DNA from: Octopus sinensis
Taxonomy: Eukaryota
Assembly: GCF_006345805.1 (NCBI RefSeq)
Contig: NC_043023.1
Location: forward strand, 15,376,001 to 15,440,000
DNA length: 64,000 nucleotides
Reading direction: 5' to 3'
In this document: positions 36,855-50,963 of the stretch, in pieces
Numbering within the stretch: position 1 is the first letter of the stretch
How the letters are laid out: the number at the start of each line of letters is the position of its first letter
Notes under the pieces: model-generated
What the model was told of the DNA's origin: nothing
The model's input: the letters and a program-made list of their open reading frames with translations, nothing else
Database searches by the model: none
Translations under genes and position numbers: made by a program

Positions 36855-38010
36855 CTAGCAGATACCCGGCGTTGCTCAGTATTAAAAGGTCATAATTTGT
36901 GTTTATATATATTACAGTTATGTTGAAAAAGGTGATATAGGAAAGTGCAGCATTGATGACAAAACATTTGTGGAGTAAAAGATGGGCTAACTGGACTAAG
37001 CGACTTGTCATTTGTCCGAGTATTCCTTGCCCTAACCAGTCATGGAAAATTGGGGGTGGAGGGTATGTGGTTTTGAATGCACCGAAAAGCTGTCAGTGGA
37101 TATGTTTTCCTTTCTGGCATCTAACATGACCCATCGTCTGAAGTTTTGACATCTCCTTTGGGTTTATTGTCCTACATCACTCATGAAGTAAATTTTGAGG
37201 ACCTGTGACACATAAAAGCACCAACCGACCGTGGCCATTTGCCAGCCTCCTCTGGCCGGTGGCACGAAAAAAGCACCCACTATACTCACGGAGTGGTTGG
37301 CGTTAGGAAGGGCATCCAGCTGTAGAAACACTGCCAGATCAGACTAGGGCCTGGTGCAGCCTCGTGGTTTCCCAGATCCCGGTCAAACCGTCCAACCGAT
37401 GCTAGCATGGAAAACAGACGTTAAACGATGATGAAGATTTGGTTGGTTGTTCATTTGTGGGTAACAGGGAACCATTGCCCTTCGACTGTGAATGTCAGTG
37501 TAAATCCATGTTCAACTATCTCCTTAGATGCACCAAACAATGTCATTTGTGATGCAGGATTGTCTGATATTGTTCAGGAAATCCGACTGGATGGAAGTAC
37601 CTTCCAGAAGAGGTTGAGAAGGAGCTGGTAGTGCTGGCAATATTACCTTACTGCCTGGGCATTGCATGCCATTAGTTTCATTGGAAATTTTAAAGCTTTA
37701 CAGAAACAACGATTTGAGTTTAGCACACTAATTTGGCCAAAATTATCATTTTCATAAAAATGGGATGGATTATATATGAAAGCAGCTCCAGGATTTGTGA
37801 AGAACGCATTTATACATAGTCTGTTTGTGAGAGCTATTCTATTGGACCACTGTCTAATCATTAAAATGTTTTAATGGCTAAGCATTAAATGCTGCAGCAT
37901 GTGTTTGCTGATCTTGCAAAAGTCTCATCTCCCTTCTGTATTGAGACTCCATCTGACGTGCTGCGGCTTGCCTTTGCTCATCTTGAGAAAGTCCCATCTT
38001 GCTTCTGTCT
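36855..38010 (-). mobile_element. Second Helitron relic (RepHel N-terminal region and 3' terminus) in the intron of F
   Basis: Minus strand reads GLSQDEQRQAAARQ...RLLQDQQTH, AAFIYNPSH...CKALKFP, QMTLFGASKEIVEHGFTLTFTVEGQ (37455-38000). Degenerate hairpin and CTAG|T at 36855. The 5' end was not found. Confidence 0.7.
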
Positions 38011-38653
38011 TAAGAAGCAAGATGGAAATATTGTCCAATAATATGTAATTTAATCTTTTACATAATATCCGAAGGTAGAGGAGCTGAAGTCTGTGTATAT
38101 GTAGACATTACACAAGGTTGTATCATATAATTTCAATAACAGAATATATTTCAAAGACAACTTAAAGGATTATATCCACAGTTTATGATTATGAAAATGA
38201 AATTATATTTTCTATTGTTGAATCTCTGCTTTTTAAGTCTTTCCTATATCTTCTACTGTTTCTGTGTCATTTCAGAATATGAGATGTTAGTGGTATAAAG
38301 GAGTTTTTACATCAGATACATCAGGAATATTGATCATCACTTGAAGACTAATGGAAGATGTTATAAATAATACATATAACCACGTTTATATAATTTATCT
38401 ATGGTGAAGAACTGTGAAAAATTCCATCTGAATTAATAGCAACATTTGTTTCCATCATTGCCTGGAATATTTGCTAAAGTATTTCCCATTCAGTCTGAAC
38501 TTGGAAAAATCTGCAAAGGTGTTTCTATTACCTTTAGATATTGACAAAGACCAGACTTGTGGAAAATATAACTAGAGAATTATTTGAATCAACCAAGGAA
38601 TATATAAGAAGAACAGGAAAATATATTTTGTGCTTGTATACTATAGAACAATA

Positions 38654-40289
<1,636 letters not shown>

Positions 40290-40899
40290 CACTGTGATAT
40301 CTGCAGTAAATAATTGTGTGTTCAGTATTATTTAACAGATCACAATTCCACTCATGCTAGATATGTCAGTGTGATATCTGTGTTAAATCTTTCTCTGAGG
40401 AATGTGCTATATATACTCATAAATATTTTCTAATAGGAGAGAAGACCTATCACTGTGATATGTATAGTAAATCATTCTGTGTGGAACAATATGTAACTAA
40501 TCCCAAATGCATTCATAAGGGTGGCAAAAAGCACAACACTGTGGCATCTGTGATGTCATTCTCTTGTAATTACTTAACGAAATACAAACATATTCATACA
40601 AGATTGGATTCTTGTGGCTGTGTTATCTTTGGTAAATCATTCTCTCAATAATGTACCTGAACTTAACATATATGTATCCATATTACTCAATAACAATATC
40701 AGTGATATTGTGAATTAATGTAATAAACAGAAAGAAAATTAAAGTTGTCTTACTCTTTTTTCTCTGCTCATTTTATACGCAGAACATTCTACCAAATGTT
40801 GTAATGGTGAGACACACGTAAATTATAGAATTCACAGTGGATCAGTGTATGATAAAAGTCACACACGTCTCCAAACTAACCTACTATAAGCGTTTATTT

Positions 40900-41210
40900 T
40901 CTCTCTATCCACTCAGTTGAAGTCGACTCTCGGTCACTCGGATCAGTGTCCTCCAGTCAGTTCTATCCTGGGTCGCTTCTTTCAGATTGGCCATGTCCAT
41001 TACGGTATCACTGTTGCTGGTCGGCCTCTTCCTCTCTTGCCACTGACTATTCCGAGCATGATGTCCTTCTCCAGGGATTTTCTCCGCATAATATGACCAA
41101 AATATGCCAATCTATGCTTGGTGATCCTAGCTTCTAGCGACATTTTCGGCCTTATCTGCTTAAGAACTTCTCCATTGGTGAGCCTCGCTGTCCACGGAAT
41201 CCGCAAATTT
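40900..41210 (-). mobile_element. RTE LINE 3' fragment
   Basis: RIPWTARLTNGEVL...RLAYFGHIMRR...GKRGRGRP. Confidence 0.85.
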
Positions 41211-41599
41211 GTTGATATTATTTAATTAAATATCAAGATACAGTGAATGGGAGACTTTTACATTTAAACCGCCTGAAATTTCATCTAGTTGTAACTTCTC
41301 CCCGTTAATTAATCCTTCAAATTAGTGCTGAAAGAAGAAATGTTTGATTTCATGGTAGGGGTGAAACATCAGTGATATTATAATGGCTCAGAGTTACTTC
41401 CCTTAGCATTAAACAGAAAGAAATGCCTTCAAACTTTATATTTCGTCTTTATTCCTCTTCGACCAGATCCAGCTGGAATAGCTCTCTGCTGTCTCTGATA
41501 TTGCCTCTAGAGCATTGCTCATGTTCTTCCCAGAGACTGAGGGTTGTTTCTTTAAATCGTAGTGTGATTTGCCCATAAGATCGCGCCTCTGTAGTGGGA

Positions 41600-41905
41600 G
41601 AAGCGTGGTCCTTTGCTATTTGTAAGACCCGCAAAAGAGAAAGCAGGTCAACCCCCGACACCGAGAGCATCGACGGATGGATGAATGCGCATCCAGGCTC
41701 AGCGGTTGCGTCGGAAGTCGGGGACAAGAAATAGGAAGAAAGAATGAGAGAAAGTTGGAGCAAAAGCGTACAACTGGGGTCGCCACCCACTGCCGGAGCC
41801 TCGGGTGTTTTCGCTCAATAAATACACACAACGCCCGGTCTGGGAATCGAAACCGTAATCCTCCGACCGAGAGATCGCTGCCCTAACCACTGGTCATTGC
41901 GCCTC
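41600..41905 (-). mobile_element. tRNA-derived SINE family 3
   Basis: Minus strand GGAGGCGCAATGACCAGTGGTTAGGGCAGCG...GGTTTCGATTCCCAG (A/B boxes) followed by a non-tRNA body. Confidence 0.75.
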
Positions 41906-41980
41906 CACTGTTGTTGCTGTTGTTGGAGGTGTTTGTGTTGAACTTATTGTTATTGTTGTGGGTGATGTGGTTGTTATCGT

Positions 41981-42636
41981 GGATCTTTTCCTTTTGAACG
42001 GCACTTTTCAACACAATTTCTAGTTAAGTAAACACATTTAAACTTCGTATACTGGTAGAATGTGTTATGAAACATCATTTTTTCTTGTCTTTATTGAGAA
42101 AATTCCATATATTGTAACATATGTCGTCTTTAATTTCGAGCATTTCGGCAATTTTAACCAATCGCTGACCTCCATTGACATAAACAACATTCCGTGCTGT
42201 ATGAATATGTCCCTCGTTTAAGAAACAGATTGGGTTTATTTACATTTGCGAAGAAAAAAAGATACACCCCGCTCCTAACCCTAAAATAGATTGAAATGCA
42301 ATAGATCGATACTAGGGCCATAATGATGGGTGACATTTTCATTTGACACCGCTAGAAAAAAATCCCATTTTCCGTAGCGGTGTCGTTTGAAATTGTCACC
42401 CATAATTATAACCCTAGTATCTATCTATTGCATTTCAAATGGACGTCAGCGATTAGTTAAAACTTCCGAAATGCTCGAAATTAAAGTCGAAATATGTTAT
42501 AACATATAGAATTTTCTCAATAAAGCCAAGAGAAAATGATGTTTTATAAACACATTCTACCAGTATACGAAGTTTAAAACTGTTTAGTTAACTAGAAATT
42601 ATGTTAAAAAACTGCCGTTCAAAAGGAAAAGATCCG
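41981..42636. mobile_element. Palindromic MITE family A (internally deleted right arm)
   Basis: Same termini and hairpin centre as 29356-30141; no TSD recognised. Confidence 0.9.
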
Positions 42637-42779
42637 AATGTTGTTGTTGCCACCAACACCGCTATTGTTTACATTAATTTGAAATTTGCCAGCAAAATCT
42701 CATAAAATGGCAATGTTCTATAAGTTGTACAAGCTTTTATGCTTTATATGAAAATAAAGAAGTTAAGTATGTTATGTGA

Positions 42780-43050
42780 CTCCGGCGTAACCGTAACCGC
42801 CAAAAACGGGTGGTGTGGCTATTCGTTACCTTGGCCCAATTCACATTTTCAAAAAATTATTATAGTTGTAAACAAACATTAACAGTTTACCACCTTAATT
42901 TCAGCATCAGACAAAAGTGAGTAAATACGAAGCGCACAACAACCGGATTGTTAGTTCGTTTCGTTGACTTCCGTGTCGGCTTTTCTATGTGTCTTCCAGT
43001 AATATTTCCCGCTCGTTCGAGTGTGTAATTAATAATGTAATACATATCTT
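42780..43050 (+). promoter_or_regulatory. Putative promoter/first-exon module of G (family donor deleted)
   Basis: Core TTAGTTCGTTTCGTTGACTTCCG at 42951. The segment carrying GTAAGA is missing at ~43035. Confidence 0.5.
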
Positions 43051-43457
43051 CTTTTTAGTAAAAGCCTATGTATCTGGCTAATTGGAAAATCCAGACAGTA
43101 TTGATAGTTTTAAATAATACTAGTCTGAAATCGATATTAATTCTATTGTCCAGTGAAGCACCTGGTTTTTAATTTCAATTATTTTGGTAGATAATCCATT
43201 TGCTGGTTGTGTCCATTCAAAGCTGTTTGTTGTTTTATCACAGATGTATCATTTGCTAAACATCTGTATTTGCTGTTTATTCTGTCAAAATGATACACGT
43301 TAATAATTCTGTCCATTTCAGCTTCTCAGAATAAATAATCTGCAACATCATAAAACATCAATAGCTAACTGAAACATGTGGCCAGTGATAGCACTATGAT
43401 AAAAAGCAGATACAGCCTTTTGTAGACAGAATCGGCAAGGGTCATAAACTGGCGATG

Positions 43458-43793
43458 GGTACTACTCTAGAAGAGTGGTCCCGGTGTGCGCACTCGCGCT
43501 TGTTAGTCGTGACTAGTAGATCCTTACTTTGTGTTTTTGTTTTATTTAATTAGTTAAAAAAGAAATTATTTACTAAAGAATATGAAAACTAAAAGAATAT
43601 ATCCCGCACATTTTATTTGATTTGTGTAAAAAATCATATACATCGTTCTAAGAAATAATTTATTTACTTTCTTTAAAAAATTCTTTTATTTTATTCTGTA
43701 AAATCAAGTCATTTGCATACGCGCAAGTCGTTGTAGGATCGACTACTTACGACTAGCTAGCGCGTACCGGGTCCAGTCTTCGCTAGTAGTACC
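43458..43793. mobile_element. MITE-like family C with ~70-bp imperfect TIRs (GGTACTACT...)
   Basis: Inverted ends around an AT-rich core. Partial copies at 12880-13010, 14577-14704 and 20863-20929. No TSD found. Confidence 0.6.
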
Positions 43794-45282
43794 TATGCTT
43801 TTGTGTTTTATTTACTTTGTTTTAAAAAGAAAGACGATCTTACGGTATAAGTACCGGTGTGCTTCCGTAAGTACCGGATACATTTCAAAAAGGTGTGTTT
43901 TTATATGTGGGTGGGGGGTGGTTTAGGGTTAGGGGTGGGAGAAAAGGGTTTATGTTATCTTCAGAAATGTAAACAAGGTCACGTGTGTACCCATACCGAA
44001 GGATCGCCATTCTGTCCTGGCTCTACTCTTCATACGTCAATTCACAGAGCACTCTCTAAATTAGTGACCACACCTTCAACATATGTGAGTGCAGTTTGTT
44101 TTTATTATTAATAAAGTTACGAGAGGAAAAGTCATGATGGGTTGGTTCACTAAATTGTAGTTTATGTTTATGTTTGATCTGTTACAGAAGTTGTAACAAT
44201 CATGAACATTACCTAATTTCATTAATAATAGATCTGCTCAGTCAGGGATAACCTAGGGTTAAACAGTAGTCATCATATTATTGTCCAATATCCTATAGTT
44301 GAACCCTTTATTGTTTAAACCGGCCATATCAGGCCCAGATATTCTGCATGTTTTATATTCAAACTGGCGGTATCTGGCCTCTCACACCTAACCTACATTG
44401 ACATTCTAGAAATAAACAATCACATCATTGAAACCTGAAAGCTATAAGATAATGCATGATTAATTCAAAACAATTTGAGTGAAAAAGAATTACATTTAAC
44501 AGAATAATCTGAACACTAAAGGGATAATGTTTTACATAATATCTGAAGGAAGAGGAACTGAAGTCCGTGTATATGTAGACATTACACAAGGTTGTATCAT
44601 ATAGTTTTAATAACAAAATAAATTTCAAAGACCACACCCTTTTGTTACTAACCCGGCCAAAACCGACTCTGGCTCTGTGGTAAAATGTCTTGTTTTCATA
44701 AGTTTTGAATTAAAATCTCCACCAAACCTTAGTTACAATTTATGTTCCTAACACTAGTTGAATGATAACTAAGTTCTTTATTATATTTAAAATAATTGAA
44801 AGAAACACACTGAATCTCAGCAGAAATATGGTAACAAAAGGGTTACCATAAATAAATTTCAAAGACAAATTAAAGGATTATATCCACAGTTTATCCTTAT
44901 GAAGATGTAGTTATATTTTTTTTATAGTTGAATCTCTGCTTTTTAAGTTTTTCCTATATCTTCTGTTTCTGTGTCATTTCAGGAGGTGAAATGTTAGTGA
45001 TACTTCATGAATATTGATCGACATAACTCTGTTTATATGATTTGTCTATGGTGGAAAACTGTGAAATATATCTTCTGAATTGATGGCAACATTTGTTTCC
45101 ATCATTGCCTGGAATATTTGCTAAAGTATTTCACATTCTGTTTGGAGCGGGAGATATCTGCAAAGGTGTTTGTATCATCTTCAGATATTGATGAAGACCA
45201 TAACTGCTGGGAATATCAGCAATAGAAATATATAAAAAAGGAAGCAAAATTATATTTTGTGTTTGTATACTATAGAACAATA

Positions 45283-46755
45283 ATGAATCCTCAAGAGATG
45301 ACAAAAGAAAGAAAAACGTTATTATACCGATGTGATATCTGTAAAAAGACTTATTGTAATAAGAGAAATCTCACTGTTCACAAATTCATTCATGCAGGGG
45401 GGAAGCCATATCACTGTGATGTCTGTGGTAAATCATTCTCTGATAAAAGTCACCTTACTAAACACAATTACATTCATACAAGAGCGAAACGGTATCACTG
45501 TGATATTTGTGGAAAGTCATTCTTTCAGAAGGTTCACCTTACTTCTCACAAATACAGTCATACAGGTGAGAAACCATATCAATGTGACATTTGTGGTAAA
45601 TCATTCTCTCATAAAAGTAGCCTTACTCAACACAAATCCATTCATACAGGAGAGAAACCTTATCAGTGTGATATTTGTGGTAAATCATTCTCTCATAAGA
45701 TTAGCCTTACTTGGCACAAATCCACTCATACAGGAGAGAAACCATATCAGTGTGATATTTGTGGTAAATCATTCTCTGGTAAAAGTAACCTTACGAATCA
45801 CAAATCCATTCATACAGGTGAGAAACCATATTACTGTGATATTTGTGGTAAATCATTCTCCTTTAAGCATAGCCTTACTTATCACAAAGTCAGTCATACA
45901 GGGGAGAAACCACATCCCTGTGATATATGTGGAAAATCATTCTCTCAGAAAATTCACCTGACTTCTCACAAATTCATTCATACAGGAGAGAAACCTTATC
46001 AATGTGATATTTGTGGTAAATCATTCTCCCATAAGCACAGCCTTACTTATCACTTATCCATTCATACAGGAGAGAAACCTTATCACTGTGATATCTGTGG
46101 AAAATCATTCTCTCAGAAAATTCACCTGACTTCTCACAAATACATTCATGCAGGGGAGAAACCTTATCAATGTGATATTTGTGGTAAATCATTTTCTCAA
46201 AAGACTGGCCTTACTTATCACAAATCCGTTCATACAGGAGAGAAACCATATCAATGTGATATCTGTGGTAAATCTTTTTCATTAAAACGTAATTTAACGA
46301 CTCACAAATTCATTCATACAGGTGAGAAACCATATCAGTGTGATATTTGTGGTAAATCATTCTCTCAAATGAGTAGCCTTACTTATCACAAATCCGTTCA
46401 TACAGGAGAGAAACCATATCCCTGTGATATCTGTGGTAAATCTTTTTCATTAAAACGTAATTTAACTACTCACAAATTCATTCATACAGGTGAGAAACCA
46501 TATGAATGTGATATTTGTGGTAAATCATTCTCTCAAAAAAGTCACCTTTCTTCTCACACATCCATTCATACAGAAGAGAAACCACATGACTGTGATATTT
46601 GTGGTAAATCATTCTCTCAGAAGAGAGGCCTTACTAAACACAAATACATTCATACAGGAGAGAAACCTCATCAATGTGATGTCTGCGGAATGTCATTCTC
46701 TCAAAGACGTTACCTTGATTCTCACAAACACATTCATACAGGAGAGAAACCCTAG
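45283..46755 (+). CDS. C2H2 zinc-finger protein G (490 aa, 17 fingers)
   Basis: Uninterrupted ORF from ATG MNPQEM to TGEKP-TAG. Confidence 0.95.
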   Translation: MNPQEMTKERKTLLYRCDICKKTYCNKRNLTVHKFIHAGGKPYHCDVCGKSFSDKSHLTKHNYIHTRAKRYHCDICGKSFFQKVHLTSHKYSHTGEKPYQCDICGKSFSHKSSLTQHKSIHTGEKPYQCDICGKSFSHKISLTWHKSTHTGEKPYQCDICGKSFSGKSNLTNHKSIHTGEKPYYCDICGKSFSFKHSLTYHKVSHTGEKPHPCDICGKSFSQKIHLTSHKFIHTGEKPYQCDICGKSFSHKHSLTYHLSIHTGEKPYHCDICGKSFSQKIHLTSHKYIHAGEKPYQCDICGKSFSQKTGLTYHKSVHTGEKPYQCDICGKSFSLKRNLTTHKFIHTGEKPYQCDICGKSFSQMSSLTYHKSVHTGEKPYPCDICGKSFSLKRNLTTHKFIHTGEKPYECDICGKSFSQKSHLSSHTSIHTEEKPHDCDICGKSFSQKRGLTKHKYIHTGEKPHQCDVCGMSFSQRRYLDSHKHIHTGEKP

Positions 46756-48319
46756 CACTTTAATATCTGCAGTAAATCATTCAAAGTCTATTCATAAAGG
46801 AGACAAACCATATAACTGTGATATCTGTGGTAAATCATTCTCTTGGGAATGTGCTATATATACTCATAAATGTATTTATTCAAGAGAGAAGCCCTATCAC
46901 TGTGATAACTATGCTAAATCAATCTCTGTGGAACAATATTTAGCTAATCTCAAATTCATTCATACAGGAAAGAAACCATAGCACTGTCAGTCTTTTACCA
47001 TGTGGGTTAACTCAACATGAATACATTCATACAGGAGAAAAACCGTAACGCTGTGACATCAGTGATTAATCATTCTCTCGTAATTACTTAACTAAACACA
47101 AACATATTCATACAGGGTAAGATTCTGATGACTGTAATCTGTGCTAAATCATTCTCTCAATAATCTACCTTAACTAAACATATTCTTATTCATATTGATC
47201 TATAAAAATAACTGGCATAAAATAGATGTCTTATCTTTCTTTTACTTGGTTCAGTCATTTGACTGTGGCCATGCTGGAGCATCGCCTTTAGTCGAGCATA
47301 TCGACCCCAGGACTTATTCTTTGTAAGCCTAGTACTTATTCTCTTTTGCCGAACTGCTAAGTTACAGGGACATAAACACACCAGCATCGGTTGTCAAGCG
47401 ATGTTGCGGGGACAAACAAAGGCACACAATCGTACACACACGTGGCACGTAAAAAGCACCATCTGATCGTTGCCGTTTGCCAGCCTCGTCTGGTACCTAT
47501 GTAGGTGGCACGTAAAAAGCACCCACTACACTCATGGAGTGGTTAGGAAGAGCATCCAGCTGTAGAAACACTGTCAGATCCGACTGTAGCCTGGTGCAGC
47601 CTCTTGGCTTCCCAGACTCTGGTTGAACCGTCCAACCCATGCTAGCATGGAAAACGGACGTTAAACGATGATGATGATATATACGACGGGCTTCTTTTCA
47701 GTTTCCGTCTACGAAATCCACTCACAAGGCTTTGGTCGGCCCGAAGCTATAGTAGAAGACACTTGCCCAAGGTGCCACACAGTGGGACTGAACCCGGGAC
47801 CATGTGGTTGGTAAGCAAGCTACTTACCATACAGCCACTCCTACGCCTGGTGAAATAAAATACAGCAATTGTATTACTTTTTATTGAATAAATTAATTGT
47901 TTCCATTTTCCTCATTTGCTTCAACTCATTAATTATGATGTGTGTTTTCCATTCAAATAATATTGATTAAATTAATTTGTTCTATTTTCTTGTGGATGTG
48001 TCATTATCACACCAATATCTGACATTCCAGTTCCCAATTACGATCGGTTGTGTCCTCCTGGACATGTTTTGAGTCTCAGGATTTGCAGTATTTGTGATAG
48101 CAACCCACATATTCTAGAACAAACTGGAGGCCTACTGCTTTTGTCATAGTGTTTGGTGTAGAGTGGATGATACAGCCTACTTATTTTTTGCTAAATCATT
48201 CTGTAGATCCGGTTTTCATGGTCTTGTTCTTACCAGACACCAAGCAGGGATTTATGATGGGCATCTTGGTTAGAATGGCACCTGTTGTGATGAGTGTAGA
48301 CTGGTCCGAGTAAAGTATG

Positions 48320-48690
48320 CTCCCACCGCCAATCTCTGGGGCCCCTTCCATCTGTCCTTCTGCAACGGCGCTTGCGGTGGTTTGGACATGCATGTAGGCA
48401 TCCGGTGGATGAACTGAGCCGTGATGTCCTCCCAACTCCACTTCCCAACTGGCGGAAACGCATGGGCGGGCAGCTGAGGACCTGGGTTTCGATGATCAAG
48501 GAGGACCTCTCTGTGCTCACGGGTCCACAGGTGGTCTGCCTGCGCCGATGGAACCGTGACTGGCTTGCTATCTCCAGTGAACTGGCGCAGGACCGTCGTG
48601 CGTGGGCTGCCATGGTTCGAGATGCCTCGAGGGTGGTAGAAGAAGCCAACTGAACCTGCCTGGGGTGAATGTCGCCACAAGTACAAGTAA
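48320..48690 (+). mobile_element. RTE-type LINE 3' fragment
   Basis: RWFGHACRHP...WRKRMGGQLRTWVSMIKEDL...LAQDRRAWAAMV. Confidence 0.8.
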
Positions 48691-48714
48691 GTAGAAGAGG
48701 GTGCCATGAAATCG

Positions 48715-49110
48715 GTCTTTCTGTTTATCAGGTAACCCTGGCTGAGGGGCATAAGCCAAGATTATGGTTGCTAACCCATGTTGCAACACTAATCTAAGCT
48801 TAAGTATTCTATCACAGACTCTGACTACCTTGATTACCTTATCAACCCATTCTCTCTGCAAGAAGTATATCCATGCCCTCAACTCCATCAGTATTCCCTA
48901 CCCAGAAAATCTTATACCTACGTTCTTTGCTTGTGAGGAACCTAGTAGAACTTCCTCTCCACCTTACTTCTTGGAAGCAGCACAAATCTACATGGCTCCA
49001 TTCAAGAATCTCAACAATCTCACCAGACCTATCTTTCAATGTGCCAATTCTGAGGTTGTGGAAGGTGTGGGCCTGTAAGACCCTGGGGTGGGGGACAGCA
49101 GCATCAGGTA
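48715..49110 (-). mobile_element. RTE LINE endonuclease fragment
   Basis: GTLKDRSGEIVEIL...VDLCCFQEVRWRG...DRILKLRLV...AYAPQPG. Confidence 0.85.
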
Positions 49111-49519
49111 CCTGAAAAGAAAGCTTGAATTTGACAGAACTCATAAACATACAATAGCCTTCAACCTGCATACACTACACCATTATTTTGTGCACTAAAT
49201 TATCACTGCATTCCACAGGAGATAAACACTAAGTATGGATGGGGGAGCATCTAAGCCATTGGAGGTGTTCAGGGGAAAGGTATCCAATGGGGTCAGAGCA
49301 TAGGGACTTCCAGTATAGGTGATGGGGGTGGGATGGGCGAACACACCAAGAATGGCAAACACTCTGGCTGCCGGTGCAAAAGAATAACAACAACAATGAT
49401 AACGATAATGAGATAGAACTGGACATTTGCATTCTTAACTAGAGCTGTAAGCAACCGTATTCGGTTAGCCAAACTGTGTCAAAATTAGATAAATTATATT
49501 TGGTGTTGCTACATGATTT

Positions 49520-50016
49520 TACTTCACGAATGCTTTTTAGCAATTGCCATTTGGTGCATGAGAGAGTTCGATGCAGCTGCCCTCATCTGCACCTCCTGCC
49601 GTGAAGTTGGTTCATCTAGGATACCTGACAGGAAGAGATCCAGTTTTATTTTAAAGACATCTGCATCCACCCCATGCAGGTCTCACAGGTCCTTCGAGAG
49701 GATATTGAAGAGCTGTGAACCTCTGAAGCCCAGGCTATCACAGTATCTTGTCCTATATCTTGATGGCAAATTTGGAGTCCTTGGCACTATGCAGTGGCTC
49801 CCAGTTCTAGTATTTGTGTAACACTCGATGCCAATGTTTGGGACAAGTCCTAGGATCTTCCAGATGCATATTATGGCATATCTTTCTCGCCTACGCTCTA
49901 AGGAGTAGAGTCTTAATCTCTTGAGTCTTTCCCAATAGCCCATATGCTGCACAGAGGCTATCTTTGTGTAGCTTCGTTGGATTGCCTCAAGTTCTGTGAT
50001 TAATTTGACACTGGAT
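49520..50016 (-). mobile_element. CR1/L2-like LINE 3' fragment (related pieces 55500-55830 + and 27400-27560 -)
   Basis: ELEAIQRSYTK...YWERLKRLRLYSLERRRERY...SLGFRGSQLFNILSKDL. Confidence 0.8.
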
Positions 50017-50963
50017 GGTTGTCCAGCGATGTTAGGGTGACAAACACAGACACATAAGCACACACACAAACATACATGTACACATATATACGACGGGCTT
50101 CTTTCCTTGCTTCCTCAGATTCGCCAACACTACACCTGATTTTCTCCCCTCCATACACACGCAAGCATCTATGTGACTCATACACTGTTCACTTCCCATA
50201 CATTTGTACATTACTGCATATACTTTATACACACTTTTGACAAGTTGTGGTGCACCTGATCACTGTATACAGTAATTTCATTATTATTACTTTAAAAGTC
50301 GTGAACACAACCTAATTTCATTAATAGACCTGATCAGCCAGGGATGATTCCGGGCTAAACAACAGTGACTTATCACATTTCTGAAGATAGTAGGAAGTTA
50401 TTGTCCAATATTTTGTAGTTTAACATTTTACATAATATCTGAAGGCAAAGGAACAAAAGTCTGTGTATAGAGACTAATTATTCGGGTTAAGGTTTATGTA
50501 AACAGTTTATTATTATGAAAATGTAGTAATATTTTTTATAGTTGAATCTCTGCTTTTTAAGTCTTTCCTATATCTTCTACTGTTTCTGTGTCATTTCAGA
50601 ATATGAGATGTTAGTGGTATAAAGGAGTTTTTACATCAGATACATCATGAATATTGATCATCGTTTGAAGACTAATGGAAGATATTATAAATAATATATA
50701 TAACCCTGTTTCTATTACAAATCTATGGTGAATAACTGTGAAATATTTCTTTGGAATTAATACGAACGTTTGTTTTCTTCATTGCCAGTATTTTACATTC
50801 TGTTTGAATTTGGAAAAATCTGTGAAGGTCTTTGTATTATCTTCAGATATTCGAGAAGATCAGATTTGCTGTAAATATAGCAGTAGAAGTATTTGAATCA
50901 ACAAAGACATTTATAAAGAAGAAAAGAAAAATATATTTTGGGGTCGTATACTGCAGAAGAATA

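Noticed and set aside
41850-41905. tRNA-like A/B-box sequences
   Set aside because: They are SINE heads followed by repeat bodies; no complete cloverleaf gene was seen.
41981-42636. Palindromic MITE near the midpoint of the large inverted duplication as its origin
   Set aside because: The inner arm ends give a midpoint near 41760, the spacer is not palindromic, and the family is frequent, so coincidence is likely.
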